From Clostridia bacterium (lineage in GTDB: Bacteria; Bacillota; Clostridia; UMGS1840), in the NCBI GenBank assembly GCA_017936745.1, contig JAGBEY010000016.1, positions 192-64,191 on the forward strand: 64,000 nucleotides of DNA. Reading direction: 5' to 3'. A program made the translations under genes and the position numbers. This document shows, piece by piece, positions 48,985-57,409 of this stretch; position 1 is the first letter of the stretch, and each line of letters opens with the position of its first letter. Below the pieces are notes generated by a model. That model worked only from the letters and a program-made list of their open reading frames with translations. It was not told where the DNA came from and searched no databases.

Positions 48985-49105
48985 GCATTTTTCCTTAGAA
49001 CCCGCAAGAATACTGGATTTTCTCGCTCCAATAGTATATGTAAATGTAATAAATCGGCAAACTAATCTTTTAAATTATATAGACTTGACACAAGTAAAAT
49101 TTTAA

Positions 49106-49687
49106 TTACTTATATGAGTTTTCTATCTGTTTTGAATACTCCCATTTTATTATACGAATATTATATCTTTCCAAGGCTTCATCAGCAGTAAATGCACTAT
49201 AACCCTTTTTCCCTTCTGGAGTAATGTATAAATAGTCAATCATATTGTCTTCTTCCGGTAAACGATTAAAATAACTATCAGGATCATTCATATAATACTC
49301 AGCATGTCCTGGATAAGAGCACAATTCTAAAACCTGATTACCCCAATCCGTGAAATCATTTTCATTGCTTAAATCTTTTAGACTAATCATCTCTTTTCCT
49401 GTACTTTTTATATACAATTTCCATTTTCGTTCTTTGCTACCACTATTAGTCCATTCAATACCATCATATTCGCATATAACTACATCTTCAATGGTTTTTA
49501 TTTCACCATCAAGCTCATATGTTAAAACAAACGGAAATTCGCCGTATGTAATTTCTGGTTCTGGCGGATTAGGTGCAAAATATGTAAGCATCAAAAATGC
49601 ACCTGAAATAACAAATAGATAAAACAAAGCGATTAACACACAGGCTACCGCTCCAATAATACCCGTTATAACCAATGTTTTTTTCAT
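49106..49687 (-). CDS. Orphan small membrane-anchored protein (cassette 2)
   Basis: MKKTLVITGIIGAVACVLIALFYLFVISGAFLMLTYF (one or two TM helices), then a soluble domain. ATG follows AAAGGAG. Confidence 0.6.
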   Translation of the reverse strand: MKKTLVITGIIGAVACVLIALFYLFVISGAFLMLTYFAPNPPEPEITYGEFPFVLTYELDGEIKTIEDVVICEYDGIEWTNSGSKERKWKLYIKSTGKEMISLKDLSNENDFTDWGNQVLELCSYPGHAEYYMNDPDSYFNRLPEEDNMIDYLYITPEGKKGYSAFTADEALERYNIRIIKWEYSKQIENSYK

Positions 49688-49694
49688 ATTTTAC

Positions 49695-49737
49695 TCCTTT
49701 CGACATTATTCGACATATCCATATTACTCGTGTCAAG
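49695..49737 (-). promoter_or_regulatory. Conserved 43-nt leader with two tandem perfect Spo0A boxes (cassette 2)
   Basis: The minus strand reads CTTGACACGAGTAATATGGATATGTCGAATAATGTCGAAAGGA, 41/43 identical to 48857-48899. TGTCGAA lies at 49715-49709 and 49705-49699. Confidence 0.6.
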
Positions 49738-49755
49738 ACTGGATAAAAATTCAAT

Positions 49756-49793
49756 ATGATATAATGATTTCAACTCTTATGAAATCATTATAT
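49756..49793. promoter_or_regulatory. 14-bp-stem hairpin built from two copies of the ATATAATGATTTCA module; contains an extended -10 on each strand
   Basis: atataatgatttca (49759-49772), actctta, then tgaaatcattatat (49780-49793). The plus strand reads TGaTATAAT at 49757-49765. The minus strand reads TATATAAT at 49793-49786. Confidence 0.5.
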
Positions 49794-49824
49794 AATTAGG
49801 TGACAGAAAAGATGCACCTTGTTG

Positions 49825-49996
49825 TCGATATGCAAACTTCGTTTGCTCGATATTTTTGCTACCGCAAAATCGATATGTTTTCGCTATGCTCAAACTCGAT
49901 ATGATATGAATTCTTGTCGCGTTAGCGACATATCGAGTGCGACAGCACATATCGAGTCCGCAAGACATATCGAGAATTCGTCAGAATTCATATCGA
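49825..49996. repeat. Mirror iteron-hairpin array B (TCGATAT x4, then ATATCGA x4)
   Basis: TCGATAT occurs at 49825, 49847, 49870 and 49896. ATATCGA occurs at 49930, 49949, 49967 and 49990. Spacer hairpins: 49832-49846 (loop TTC), 49854-49869 (TACC), 49915-49930 (GTTA), 49937-49948 (GACA), 49956-49966 (weak) and 49974-49989 (GTCA). A further hairpin, aagc-ttc-gctt, lies at 50004-50014. Confidence 0.8.
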
Positions 49997-50020
49997 CGAT
50001 TTCAAGCTTCGCTTAAAATC

Positions 50021-50049
50021 ATTATATCATACCAAAATCAAAATAGCAA
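50021..50049 (-). promoter_or_regulatory. Strong sigma-A-type promoter firing leftward into array B
   Basis: The minus strand reads TTGCTA (50049-50044), a 17-nt spacer that ends in TGa, then TATAAT (50026-50021). TATAATGATTTT is identical to the -10 and discriminator of the gdhA promoter in this window. Confidence 0.65.
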
Positions 50050-50074
50050 TGTTTTTCCCGAAAATAACCATATA

Positions 50075-50108
50075 CAAAAAAACAGAGAGACGTGCTCTCT
50101 GTTTTTTT
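50075..50108. terminator. Terminator of the 50111-52345 SLH gene (bidirectional)
   Basis: aacagagag-acgtg-ctctctgtt is flanked by A7 and T7. Confidence 0.8.
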
Positions 50109-50110
50109 CG

Positions 50111-52345
50111 TTAATTCGGTTTTTTTACCGCAACCAGCACACGGATTCTTCCGCCTGCAGATTGCGATTTATCGTAATAAGCATGTATGGTGTAGCTGTC
50201 CTGCTGCTCCATCAAATCATCTTTTGCCATTTTTAAATACTGATAATCGGCATTTTTCTGATACACCACAACTCTGTCACTCATCAGATATTCGGTATCG
50301 TTGCACACAACACTAAAGTCGTTAATCTGGCTGACCGGGCTACTGATTTTAAACAGTGATGTAATACTGTCAATGGTGTTTCCCGAAAATACAAACCGCG
50401 CAGGAGCTCCGGTGGACACCGAGGTGAAAATAGAGCCGTTCATGGTGGTGGTATTGCCGTCAATATCGTAGGTGTAGGTTCTCATATTGGAGCGCTCGTT
50501 ATATTCGGAGGCATAGGTGACAATGCCGTATTTATGGGCGTCTCCCGTTACATTATGCAAAAAGAGAGTATCAATTTCTCCGGCTTGGTTTTTTTCCGAA
50601 TATAGCACCGAGGAGGCAGACAGGTTCATTCCATCAAGACGCTGGGGATAGATTTTTACATAACTGCCGGTTTCCAGTTTGTCAATTGTGGAGACATCCA
50701 AAATGGAAACCTCCTCTGCCAGCCGGTGGTTTCCGATGGTTTTTGTGTCATAATCAACTGTTCCGCTGACAGAAGAAGCTGTATTCAAGGTGTTCAGCTT
50801 TACTTTCTGATTTTGAAAAGAAAGTTTTACAATTTTATTCTTGCTTGCAGAATAATCAGAAGATGTGGGATATTCCAACACTTCTCCGGATGCAGTAACA
50901 AGGGAAATATAATTGGAGGAATATTCACTGCCGTCTCCGTTTTGGAAGGTTTTCTTTCCCGTTGCCTGAAGATATCCCACAACAGAATCAGGAGTGCCGC
51001 TGAGGACATCCGCAATTTTTCCGTCTCTGCCTAAAAGCACAGTCACCGAATCACCCAGCTTCACAGTTCCTTTAGAGGAAAGCTTATAAAAGGCTTCTGC
51101 CCCCTCCAATGCATAGGTCGTGCCGGAAATCACTACCGAAGTGGGATTATCCCGATTGGGGGATGCACTTTCGTACACACCGGATACCTTTTTGGAATAT
51201 GCCCAAACGGTATTGAGCTTTTCGGAATAGTATAAAATATCATTGAGTTCATATCCGGTTGCCTGAGAACCGTTTCGGATAAAGGTGGTGTTTTCGTCTG
51301 TCTGTACCACTGTTTTTGAGGTAGCGGTAACCGGACCTTTTAACAAGTCGGTGGAAAGCACACCGTAATCGGTAACCATATCCATGGTTTTATAAATTTT
51401 CAAGGTATCGCCGATAGAAATACTTGCCAGAGAGTTTTTCAGACTGGTGGTTTGAGATTTGTTATATACCGTCAGATTTTTGTCAACAGAAAGGGATTTC
51501 AGCGTTCCGTTTTGCGAAACAACAATATCATCATCCAAAACCTGATAAACCAGATATTCTTCAACATATTGATTGGAGGGAATAAAGCCTACTGCCTCAT
51601 TGGCATTTTTTAAAATCAAATCTCCTTTTTTTCCAACAGCATCTTCCAGTGTAAGTGAAGTTCTGTAATTGCCGGAGGTGGTGTTGACTCTGCCGCTTCC
51701 CACCGAGGTATCCGTAAGCGGTGTACCGAGAATAATCACATCCTCCAGAATTTTATAGTTCAGAGTTTCAATATAATGAGCAGTGCTGTTTTTTGGTTCC
51801 GTATTCAAAAGGTTATAGGTAAGATACGCCACATCACGACGGGTCATCAACTCACCGATGGATTTCTCCAATCCTTCCGTTAAGCCGCAATTGATTGCCA
51901 GTCCAACCTGACCGTAGGGCCAGGAGCTTCCGAAATCGGTATCATCATACCCTAAAAGCTTTAAGAATACATTCAGTGCTTCCTCATAGAGCACAGTGTT
52001 GTCCGGCTGAAAGGAGCTGTCCGGATATCCTGTTACCAGCTTATGGTCACTGGCTAACTTGATATAAGGTGACGCCCAATGCTGATGGGTCACATCCTTA
52101 AATGGTGATATTTTCAAATTCAGTGCCACTGTATTTTTATGTTTGGAGGCAGTAATGGCAATTTTTGCAAACTCTGCACGGGAAACATAATCGTCCAGAC
52201 GAAGATTGCCGTCGGTGTCTCCCTGCATAATTTTCATTTCTCCCAGAAGCGGAAGAATGTTGGTTTGTAATTCCTCTGCAGATACGGGCAAGGTAACCAG
52301 TAGGGCACAGAGTAATAATAGAATTATTTTTTTCATTGGTTTCAA
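50111..52345 (-). CDS. Large SLH-domain surface protein (N-terminal SLH repeats)
   Basis: Signal peptide MKKIILLLLCALLVTLPVSA. SLH repeats read DDYVSRAEFAKIAI... and FKDVTHQHWASPYIKLASDHKLVTGYPDSSFQPDN. A long beta-rich C-terminal region follows. Confidence 0.8.
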   Translation of the reverse strand: MKPMKKIILLLLCALLVTLPVSAEELQTNILPLLGEMKIMQGDTDGNLRLDDYVSRAEFAKIAITASKHKNTVALNLKISPFKDVTHQHWASPYIKLASDHKLVTGYPDSSFQPDNTVLYEEALNVFLKLLGYDDTDFGSSWPYGQVGLAINCGLTEGLEKSIGELMTRRDVAYLTYNLLNTEPKNSTAHYIETLNYKILEDVIILGTPLTDTSVGSGRVNTTSGNYRTSLTLEDAVGKKGDLILKNANEAVGFIPSNQYVEEYLVYQVLDDDIVVSQNGTLKSLSVDKNLTVYNKSQTTSLKNSLASISIGDTLKIYKTMDMVTDYGVLSTDLLKGPVTATSKTVVQTDENTTFIRNGSQATGYELNDILYYSEKLNTVWAYSKKVSGVYESASPNRDNPTSVVISGTTYALEGAEAFYKLSSKGTVKLGDSVTVLLGRDGKIADVLSGTPDSVVGYLQATGKKTFQNGDGSEYSSNYISLVTASGEVLEYPTSSDYSASKNKIVKLSFQNQKVKLNTLNTASSVSGTVDYDTKTIGNHRLAEEVSILDVSTIDKLETGSYVKIYPQRLDGMNLSASSVLYSEKNQAGEIDTLFLHNVTGDAHKYGIVTYASEYNERSNMRTYTYDIDGNTTTMNGSIFTSVSTGAPARFVFSGNTIDSITSLFKISSPVSQINDFSVVCNDTEYLMSDRVVVYQKNADYQYLKMAKDDLMEQQDSYTIHAYYDKSQSAGGRIRVLVAVKKPN

Positions 52346-52354
52346 CCTCCCTTT

Positions 52355-53536
52355 TTAATCATACCGCAAAGCATCAATGGGACTCATACGAGACGCTTTT
52401 TTCGCGGGGAAATAGCCGAAAATCATACCGATTCCCACAGAAACAGAAAATGCAACTGCAACCGCTCCGAGGGAGGGCTTCGCAGGTAAATCCATCAGTT
52501 TTCCGGCAAAAAGTGCGGCGGCGATTCCCAGGGCAATCCCCAAAAAGCCGCCAAAGGAGCTGGTGGTAGCCGCCTCCACCACAAACTGACTCATAATATC
52601 CCAGGGCGTTGCTCCCAGAGATTTTCGGATGCCGATTTCCCGGGTTCTCTCCGTTACCGAAACCAGCATAATATTCATAATTCCAATACCGCCCACCAAC
52701 AACGAAATCGCAGCAATTCCAACCAGAACCATAGTGATTGTTCCGGTGATATCATTGACCATTTCCAAAATTTCCGACTGATTTATGATTCGATATGCAT
52801 TGGTATCGTTAAAGACAGAATACAAATAATTGGTGATACGTTTTTCTGCATCGTCTACCAATTCCTTTTCTGCAGCACTGAATGCGTAGCTGGAAATTCT
52901 GCCGTTCCAGGAAAGTCCGGTTGCTAAGGTATAGGGCAGATAAACGATATCATCCGCTCCCCCCTCATCGCCATCCTGAACCTCCTCCAGCACACCGACG
53001 ATGGTATAGGAAATGCCATTCACTTTCAACTGATTTCCTACTGCATTCTGTGCACTTCCATAAAGTTCTTTTGCAATATATGTACCCACAACACAGCTTT
53101 TTTGGCGGCGTTCCACATCCACATATTCCAAAAATCTGCCGTGTTCTACTTCCAGACCTCTGATTTCGGGATAAAACTCATTGGTTCCCGTAGCCGTGGT
53201 ATCAATACTGTCGGCACCGTTTTTTACAGTCAGGTTCGATACATTCACCACCGGCGACATATAGGCTAACACATCGGCATTTTCTACGGAAAAATCCATC
53301 ATATCCTCCGGCGTGACATTGCGGTTTCCTCCTCTTCCGGGAATAGAAACTGAAATCAGATTTGTTCCCATAGATTCAAACTGACCCACAATCTGAGCTT
53401 TTAATCCATCTACCAGGGAAACCAAAACAATCACAGCAGCTACCCCGACAATAATTCCAAGCATAGTCAAAAATGACCTCATTTTGCTGGCAGAAAGGCT
53501 CTTAACTGCTAAAATAAATGCTTGCTTCATACTCAT
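52355..53536 (-). CDS. ABC transporter permease, FtsX/MacB type
   Basis: N-terminal TM helix, a large extracytoplasmic domain, and a C-terminal FtsX-like three-TM bundle (REIGIRKSLGAT). Confidence 0.85.
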   Translation of the reverse strand: MSMKQAFILAVKSLSASKMRSFLTMLGIIVGVAAVIVLVSLVDGLKAQIVGQFESMGTNLISVSIPGRGGNRNVTPEDMMDFSVENADVLAYMSPVVNVSNLTVKNGADSIDTTATGTNEFYPEIRGLEVEHGRFLEYVDVERRQKSCVVGTYIAKELYGSAQNAVGNQLKVNGISYTIVGVLEEVQDGDEGGADDIVYLPYTLATGLSWNGRISSYAFSAAEKELVDDAEKRITNYLYSVFNDTNAYRIINQSEILEMVNDITGTITMVLVGIAAISLLVGGIGIMNIMLVSVTERTREIGIRKSLGATPWDIMSQFVVEAATTSSFGGFLGIALGIAAALFAGKLMDLPAKPSLGAVAVAFSVSVGIGMIFGYFPAKKASRMSPIDALRYD

Positions 53537-54216
53537 TTTGCCACCACCTCATCCGAAATGATTTTCCCGTCCTGAAGCTTTACCACACGGTCTGCCTGAT
53601 AAGCGATGCTGTTGTCGTGGGTAATGAGAACGATGGTGGTGCCGTCCTCACGGTTTAACTGCTTAATAAATTCCAACACCTCAATGCCGGTTTTGCTGTC
53701 CAATGCACCGGTGGGTTCGTCGGCTAAAATCAGCTTAGGGTCTCCTGCTAAGGCACGGGCAATGGACACTCTTTGCTGCTGACCGCCGGATAACTGTTTG
53801 GGATATTTTTTCATACGGTCCAAAAGGCCAACCTTTTCCAGAGCATGCTCTACCCGTTCCCGTCGTTCTTTTGGTTCTATTCGCTTATAAATCAGAGGTA
53901 ATTCCACATTTTCAAACACCGAGAGCTTGGGAATCAAATTATATTGCTGAAAAATAAATCCCAAGGTTCTGCTTCGGATACTTGAAAGCTCATATTCCCC
54001 CATTTTACTTACGTCTTCTCCGTTTAACAGATACGTCCCCGAAGTGGGAATATCCAAACATCCGATAATATTCATTGCTGTGGATTTTCCCGAGCCGGAT
54101 TGACCGATAATCGAAACAAATTCCTTTTCCTTCACATGGAGATTCACCCCGTCAAGCGCACGGATTTCACTGTCTCCGTCGGAATATATCTTATAAATGT
54201 CTTTTAACTCTATCAT
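53533..54216 (-). CDS. ABC transporter ATP-binding protein (MacB/LolD type)
   Basis: Motifs GQSGSGKST, LSGGQQQRVSIARAL and LADEPTGALD. Confidence 0.9.
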   Translation of the reverse strand: MIELKDIYKIYSDGDSEIRALDGVNLHVKEKEFVSIIGQSGSGKSTAMNIIGCLDIPTSGTYLLNGEDVSKMGEYELSSIRSRTLGFIFQQYNLIPKLSVFENVELPLIYKRIEPKERRERVEHALEKVGLLDRMKKYPKQLSGGQQQRVSIARALAGDPKLILADEPTGALDSKTGIEVLEFIKQLNREDGTTIVLITHDNSIAYQADRVVKLQDGKIISDEVVAK

Positions 54217-54227
54217 TTGCTCACCGC

Positions 54228-55937
54228 CTATCTTCCACCGGGCATACCACTGCCCGGCATACCTCCGCTTGGCATACCTCCGCTTGGCATGCCCTGGGGC
54301 ATTGCGCCCATATTCTGGAAAATACTTGCAGAAGGAGCATCCTCAGCCGTTACCTTGACTACGTCTCCCTCGGAAATTCCTTCCATAATTTCCACATAAT
54401 CTTCATTGGAAAGCCCCACCTTTACTTTTACCAGTTTGAATCCGTCGGGAGCGGTGTTCATCATCATTTTACTGTTTTTAGGCATTTCTCCCCCATCAGC
54501 AGGCACTTTTTCAGGTGCTTTTTCGCCGTCTTTTAACTGCACGGCAACCTGATTACCACGCATCAGGGCAGATGCCGGAATCCGAACCACATTTTCTTTT
54601 TTCTCCACGATAATATCTGCACTTACATTCATACCGGGAATCAAGCCTTCAGGTTCGTTGACTACCACCGTAACCGGATAAGTGGTAACTCCGTTGGAGC
54701 TTGTGCCAATCACGCTGACTGTTTCCACATAACCGCTGAACACCTTGTCTTCCAGTGCATCCGCTGTAATCACAGCAGTCTGCCCCACTTTGATTTTTGA
54801 AATATCCAGTTCATCTACCGACATTTCAAATAAAATTTTTGACATATCTGCAATGGTTGCCATTACTTTTGTATTATTGGTATTATCCAGAATATCTCCC
54901 TGCTTGGAATTTTTCTGAATGACCGTTCCGTTAATGGGAGAAGTGATGTTATAATTTTCCAGCTGTTCGTATTGGTTTTCCAGGGATAACTGTGCTTCTC
55001 TTAAGGACAGTGAACTGCTTTTTCCGTTTTGCTCTAAGGAGGTGCTGGAAAGCTTCACCAGAACACTGCCGGCTGAAACATAGTCCCCCTCCATTACATA
55101 AACCTCTTCTACCTCACCGGAAACCTCTGCAGTAACAGTATCCGAACCGGGATAAGAAAAGCTGCCCAAATCGTTACAGGAAACCTCTCCGACAATAGCA
55201 GTTGCAGTATCTCCTTCTAAAATATTTCCCGGATTTTCCACTTCAATTTCCACATTTTTTACAATGATGCCGGCTTCGGATACCAATTCCCCGGAAGAAA
55301 TACGGCTGACTGTACCATACAGAGTGCCACCTCCCGACTGCAAGGTGATTTCCGCAGTTTCTCCCGTTGATATCTGCTCCGCATGTTCAGAAATAAAGGG
55401 AATTTTCAAAATCAGCTGATGGGAATTTACCACATCTGCAATTTTACTTCCGGCAGAAACCTTATCTCCTTTTTTTACATGCAGAGCGGTGATATTTCCG
55501 CTTTCTTTACTGCGAACACTTAATTTGGAAATGTCATCCATATTCTGATTGTATGTATCCTGCGACCGTTCCAACGAAAGCTTGGACCGTTCAATGGAAT
55601 TTTCCACATCTGCTGTGTCAATCCGGTAAAGAAGGTCTCCTTTTTCCACCACAGTTCCTTCTTCAAAAGGAGCTTCTATAATTTCCCCTTTCACTAATGC
55701 GGTTACCTCGTAGGAAGCATTAGGCTCTATCATACCTGTCCCGCTGATAATAACCTCTACATCCCCCGTATCTGCTACAGCCGTGAGAATCTGTTCTTCC
55801 TGCTGATGATTTCTGCCAAACAGTGTCACAAGGACTATCGCAATTACAATTGCCAGAGCAATTCCTGTAATCACAAGCCATTTTTTCGGCATTTTTTTCG
55901 GATGTAATACTTTGATTTTTTCCAATAGATTTTTCAA
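54228..55937 (-). CDS. Efflux adaptor (HlyD/MacA-type membrane fusion protein) with a GMPxG-repeat tail
   Basis: N-terminal TM helix, then coiled-coil and beta-barrel regions. The C-terminal tail is GAMPQGMPSGGMPSGGMPGSGMPGGR. Confidence 0.8.
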   Translation of the reverse strand: MKNLLEKIKVLHPKKMPKKWLVITGIALAIVIAIVLVTLFGRNHQQEEQILTAVADTGDVEVIISGTGMIEPNASYEVTALVKGEIIEAPFEEGTVVEKGDLLYRIDTADVENSIERSKLSLERSQDTYNQNMDDISKLSVRSKESGNITALHVKKGDKVSAGSKIADVVNSHQLILKIPFISEHAEQISTGETAEITLQSGGGTLYGTVSRISSGELVSEAGIIVKNVEIEVENPGNILEGDTATAIVGEVSCNDLGSFSYPGSDTVTAEVSGEVEEVYVMEGDYVSAGSVLVKLSSTSLEQNGKSSSLSLREAQLSLENQYEQLENYNITSPINGTVIQKNSKQGDILDNTNNTKVMATIADMSKILFEMSVDELDISKIKVGQTAVITADALEDKVFSGYVETVSVIGTSSNGVTTYPVTVVVNEPEGLIPGMNVSADIIVEKKENVVRIPASALMRGNQVAVQLKDGEKAPEKVPADGGEMPKNSKMMMNTAPDGFKLVKVKVGLSNEDYVEIMEGISEGDVVKVTAEDAPSASIFQNMGAMPQGMPSGGMPSGGMPGSGMPGGR

Positions 55938-56083
55938 GAGACAATTCCGCCTTTCTGATGAAATGATGTATTCTTGTCTTGTATTATATGCTACTGTTGT
56001 GTTTCGTTTGTGAAAAAAATAATTTTTTTTATTTTTGAATGCTTTTTTTAAAATCAGAAATACTATAAAAAAAAGAAAGGATT

Positions 56084-57385
56084 ATGTTTATGATAAAAAA
56101 ATTATCGCCTGTTTTTATGATGTTCTGTCTCCTTTGCGGTATGGTATCAGCACAGGAACTAACCCTCGGAAACATCCACCTGACACAGAATCAAAACACT
56201 GTTTATCAACTGAAAAAGGAGGACATCGTCTCCGCCTTGGCAGACAGCTTCCCGCCTGACAGCATCACCATTACAAAGCTACCTCCTATAACCTCTGCCA
56301 CACTTACAAAAAACGGACAAGCTATTTCCGAAAACACGATTGTTTCTATCGCAGAGGTTACACAGCTTTCCCTTATCCCTACCACTGATTTTCTTGGGAA
56401 AGCTACCTTTTCTTTTTCTGTTACTTCCGGTACAAGAGTTTCCAACGAAGCCGACTTCACTGTAGAATATATCGCAGTACAGAAAGCACCGGTTCTTTCT
56501 GATTTATATTACGGAACGGAAAAAAACATTGCCCGGGAACTGCCCTTGTATCCTGCCACCTACAACGGACACCTCCGACTGACCATCCCCACACCGCCAG
56601 CACACGGCACACTCACTGCCAAGGATGAAAACTACCACACCGTGATTTATACTCCCGACCGTGATTTTGTGGGACAGGACAGTTTTACCTATCAGGAAAT
56701 GGGAAATGCCGATAATGTTGCCACTGTTACAGTAACAGTAACGGAATCCGTCACACCGCTGCCTGCTTTTGCTCACGAAGATTTAAAAAATCACTGGGTC
56801 AATTATTCTGCCGGAAATTTAGCGGACAGAGGTATTTTGCACGGGGAAATGGTTGGTGGAAAATATTATTTTCACCCCGACCAAAAAATGACCCGTTGGG
56901 AATATCTTAATTATCTCTTAGCCTCGGGAGGCTTTAATCTGGATACAGCAGAGACGGGCTATGCAGACCGCTATGAGGATGCACAATATCTTCCCGAATA
57001 TATCCGAAAAATTGCGGCTCTCGCCACGCAAATGGAAATCTTAGACGGTGTCAGAGAGGGAGAACACCTCTATATTCACCCCTATCAGGAATTAACCCGT
57101 GCCCAGGCAGCTACCATGCTGGGAAAAATGATAACAAGTGAGATAGAATCTGAGGACAAGCTTTATTTTTCCGACAGAGATGAAATCCCCTCCTGGGCAA
57201 GAAAGCATATCATCAATCTGGTGAACTTCGGTATTATGCAAGGCTTTCCGGATAACACCATCCGCCCCTATTCTCCGCTTAATAAAGCACAAACGGCTGA
57301 AATGCTGTATCAAGCCATCAAGCTCACCGAAAAAGAGCCTGAAATTTTACGAGATTTAAAACACGCACATCAGTATTACAAATAA
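56084..57385 (+). CDS. SLH-domain surface protein with N-terminal Ig/cadherin-like repeats
   Basis: Signal peptide MIKKLSPVFMMFCLLCGMVSAQE. Ig-like modules (GTLTAKDENYHTVIYTPDRDFVGQDSFTY). C-terminal SLH repeats (FAHEDLKNHWVNYSAGNLADRGILHG..., FSDRDEIPSWARKHIINLVNFGIMQGFPDNTIRP...). Confidence 0.75.
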   Translation: MFMIKKLSPVFMMFCLLCGMVSAQELTLGNIHLTQNQNTVYQLKKEDIVSALADSFPPDSITITKLPPITSATLTKNGQAISENTIVSIAEVTQLSLIPTTDFLGKATFSFSVTSGTRVSNEADFTVEYIAVQKAPVLSDLYYGTEKNIARELPLYPATYNGHLRLTIPTPPAHGTLTAKDENYHTVIYTPDRDFVGQDSFTYQEMGNADNVATVTVTVTESVTPLPAFAHEDLKNHWVNYSAGNLADRGILHGEMVGGKYYFHPDQKMTRWEYLNYLLASGGFNLDTAETGYADRYEDAQYLPEYIRKIAALATQMEILDGVREGEHLYIHPYQELTRAQAATMLGKMITSEIESEDKLYFSDRDEIPSWARKHIINLVNFGIMQGFPDNTIRPYSPLNKAQTAEMLYQAIKLTEKEPEILRDLKHAHQYYK

Positions 57386-57409
57386 AAAAGAAGAAAGTTG
57401 AATTACGGT

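Noticed and set aside
49756-49793. TGATATAATGATTTCA module as a Fur/PerR-type box (7-1-7 TGATAAT-N-ATTATCA family).
   Set aside because: It needs a 2-nt insertion to align with the left half-site, and the right half-site matches poorly. An extended -10 (TGnTATAAT) explains it fully. The same TATAATGATTTT occurs in the gdhA promoter.
49825-50014. Cluster of common cloning sites (three GAATTC, one AAGCTT, one ATCGAT within 190 bp) as a sign of synthetic or vector-derived DNA.
   Set aside because: The sites arise directly from the repeat words (TCGATAT) and from the palindromic spacers. The flanking sequence is contiguous native-looking chromosome with intact promoters and terminators. No vector backbone features are present.
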